NCBI RefSeq assembly: GCF_009834535.1
Contig: NC_045697.1
Coordinates: forward strand, 104,472,001-104,536,000
Reading direction: 5' to 3'
Origin: Camelus ferus
Taxonomy: Eukaryota
DNA length: 64,000 nucleotides
Positions within the stretch are counted from its first letter, which is position 1. The number at the start of each line of letters is the position of its first letter. Both the position numbers and the translations under genes were made by a program. The notes under the pieces were generated by a model. That model had not been told where the DNA came from and searched no databases. It was given only the letters and a program-made list of their open reading frames with translations. Positions 63,973 to 64,000 of the stretch are shown here, piece after piece.

Positions 63973-64000
63973 AATCTCTACTTAGGGTACCTGCAAAGAA

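Noticed and set aside
1..64000. CRISPR arrays, rRNA or prokaryotic systems
   Set aside because: The sequence is mammalian and no repeat-spacer structure was seen

Overview
Mammalian genomic DNA, AT-rich and dense in repeats. It is very probably from a camelid, because it holds four copies of a tRNA-Ala-derived SINE of the camelid Vic-1 type plus young lineage-type L1 3' ends. I recognise no protein-coding host gene, and almost all ORFs in the track are L1 fragments or chance ORFs. Most of the window is layered transposon debris: L1, HAL1, L2, MIR, MLT1/MLT2 LTRs and MER DNA elements. Three things stand out. (1) The only CpG island (about 57.75-58.73 kb) is itself an ancient ERV-L-class provirus on the minus strand. 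It has a putative 5' LTR with NRF1-like sites, a tRNA-Ser-like PBS, a splice donor and a frameshifted gag, which suggests an exapted promoter of a probably non-coding transcript. (2) A near full-length fossil hAT-Tip100 transposase lies at about 29.4-32.7 kb, with motifs still readable in order. (3) A TSD-flanked element of about 350 bp at 28.57-28.93 kb joins an L1 5' end directly to an L1 3' end at an AG, resembling a spliced retrotransposed L1. Subfamily names are recalled from consensus sequences and need RepeatMasker/Dfam confirmation. Boundaries are approximate unless a TSD is given.
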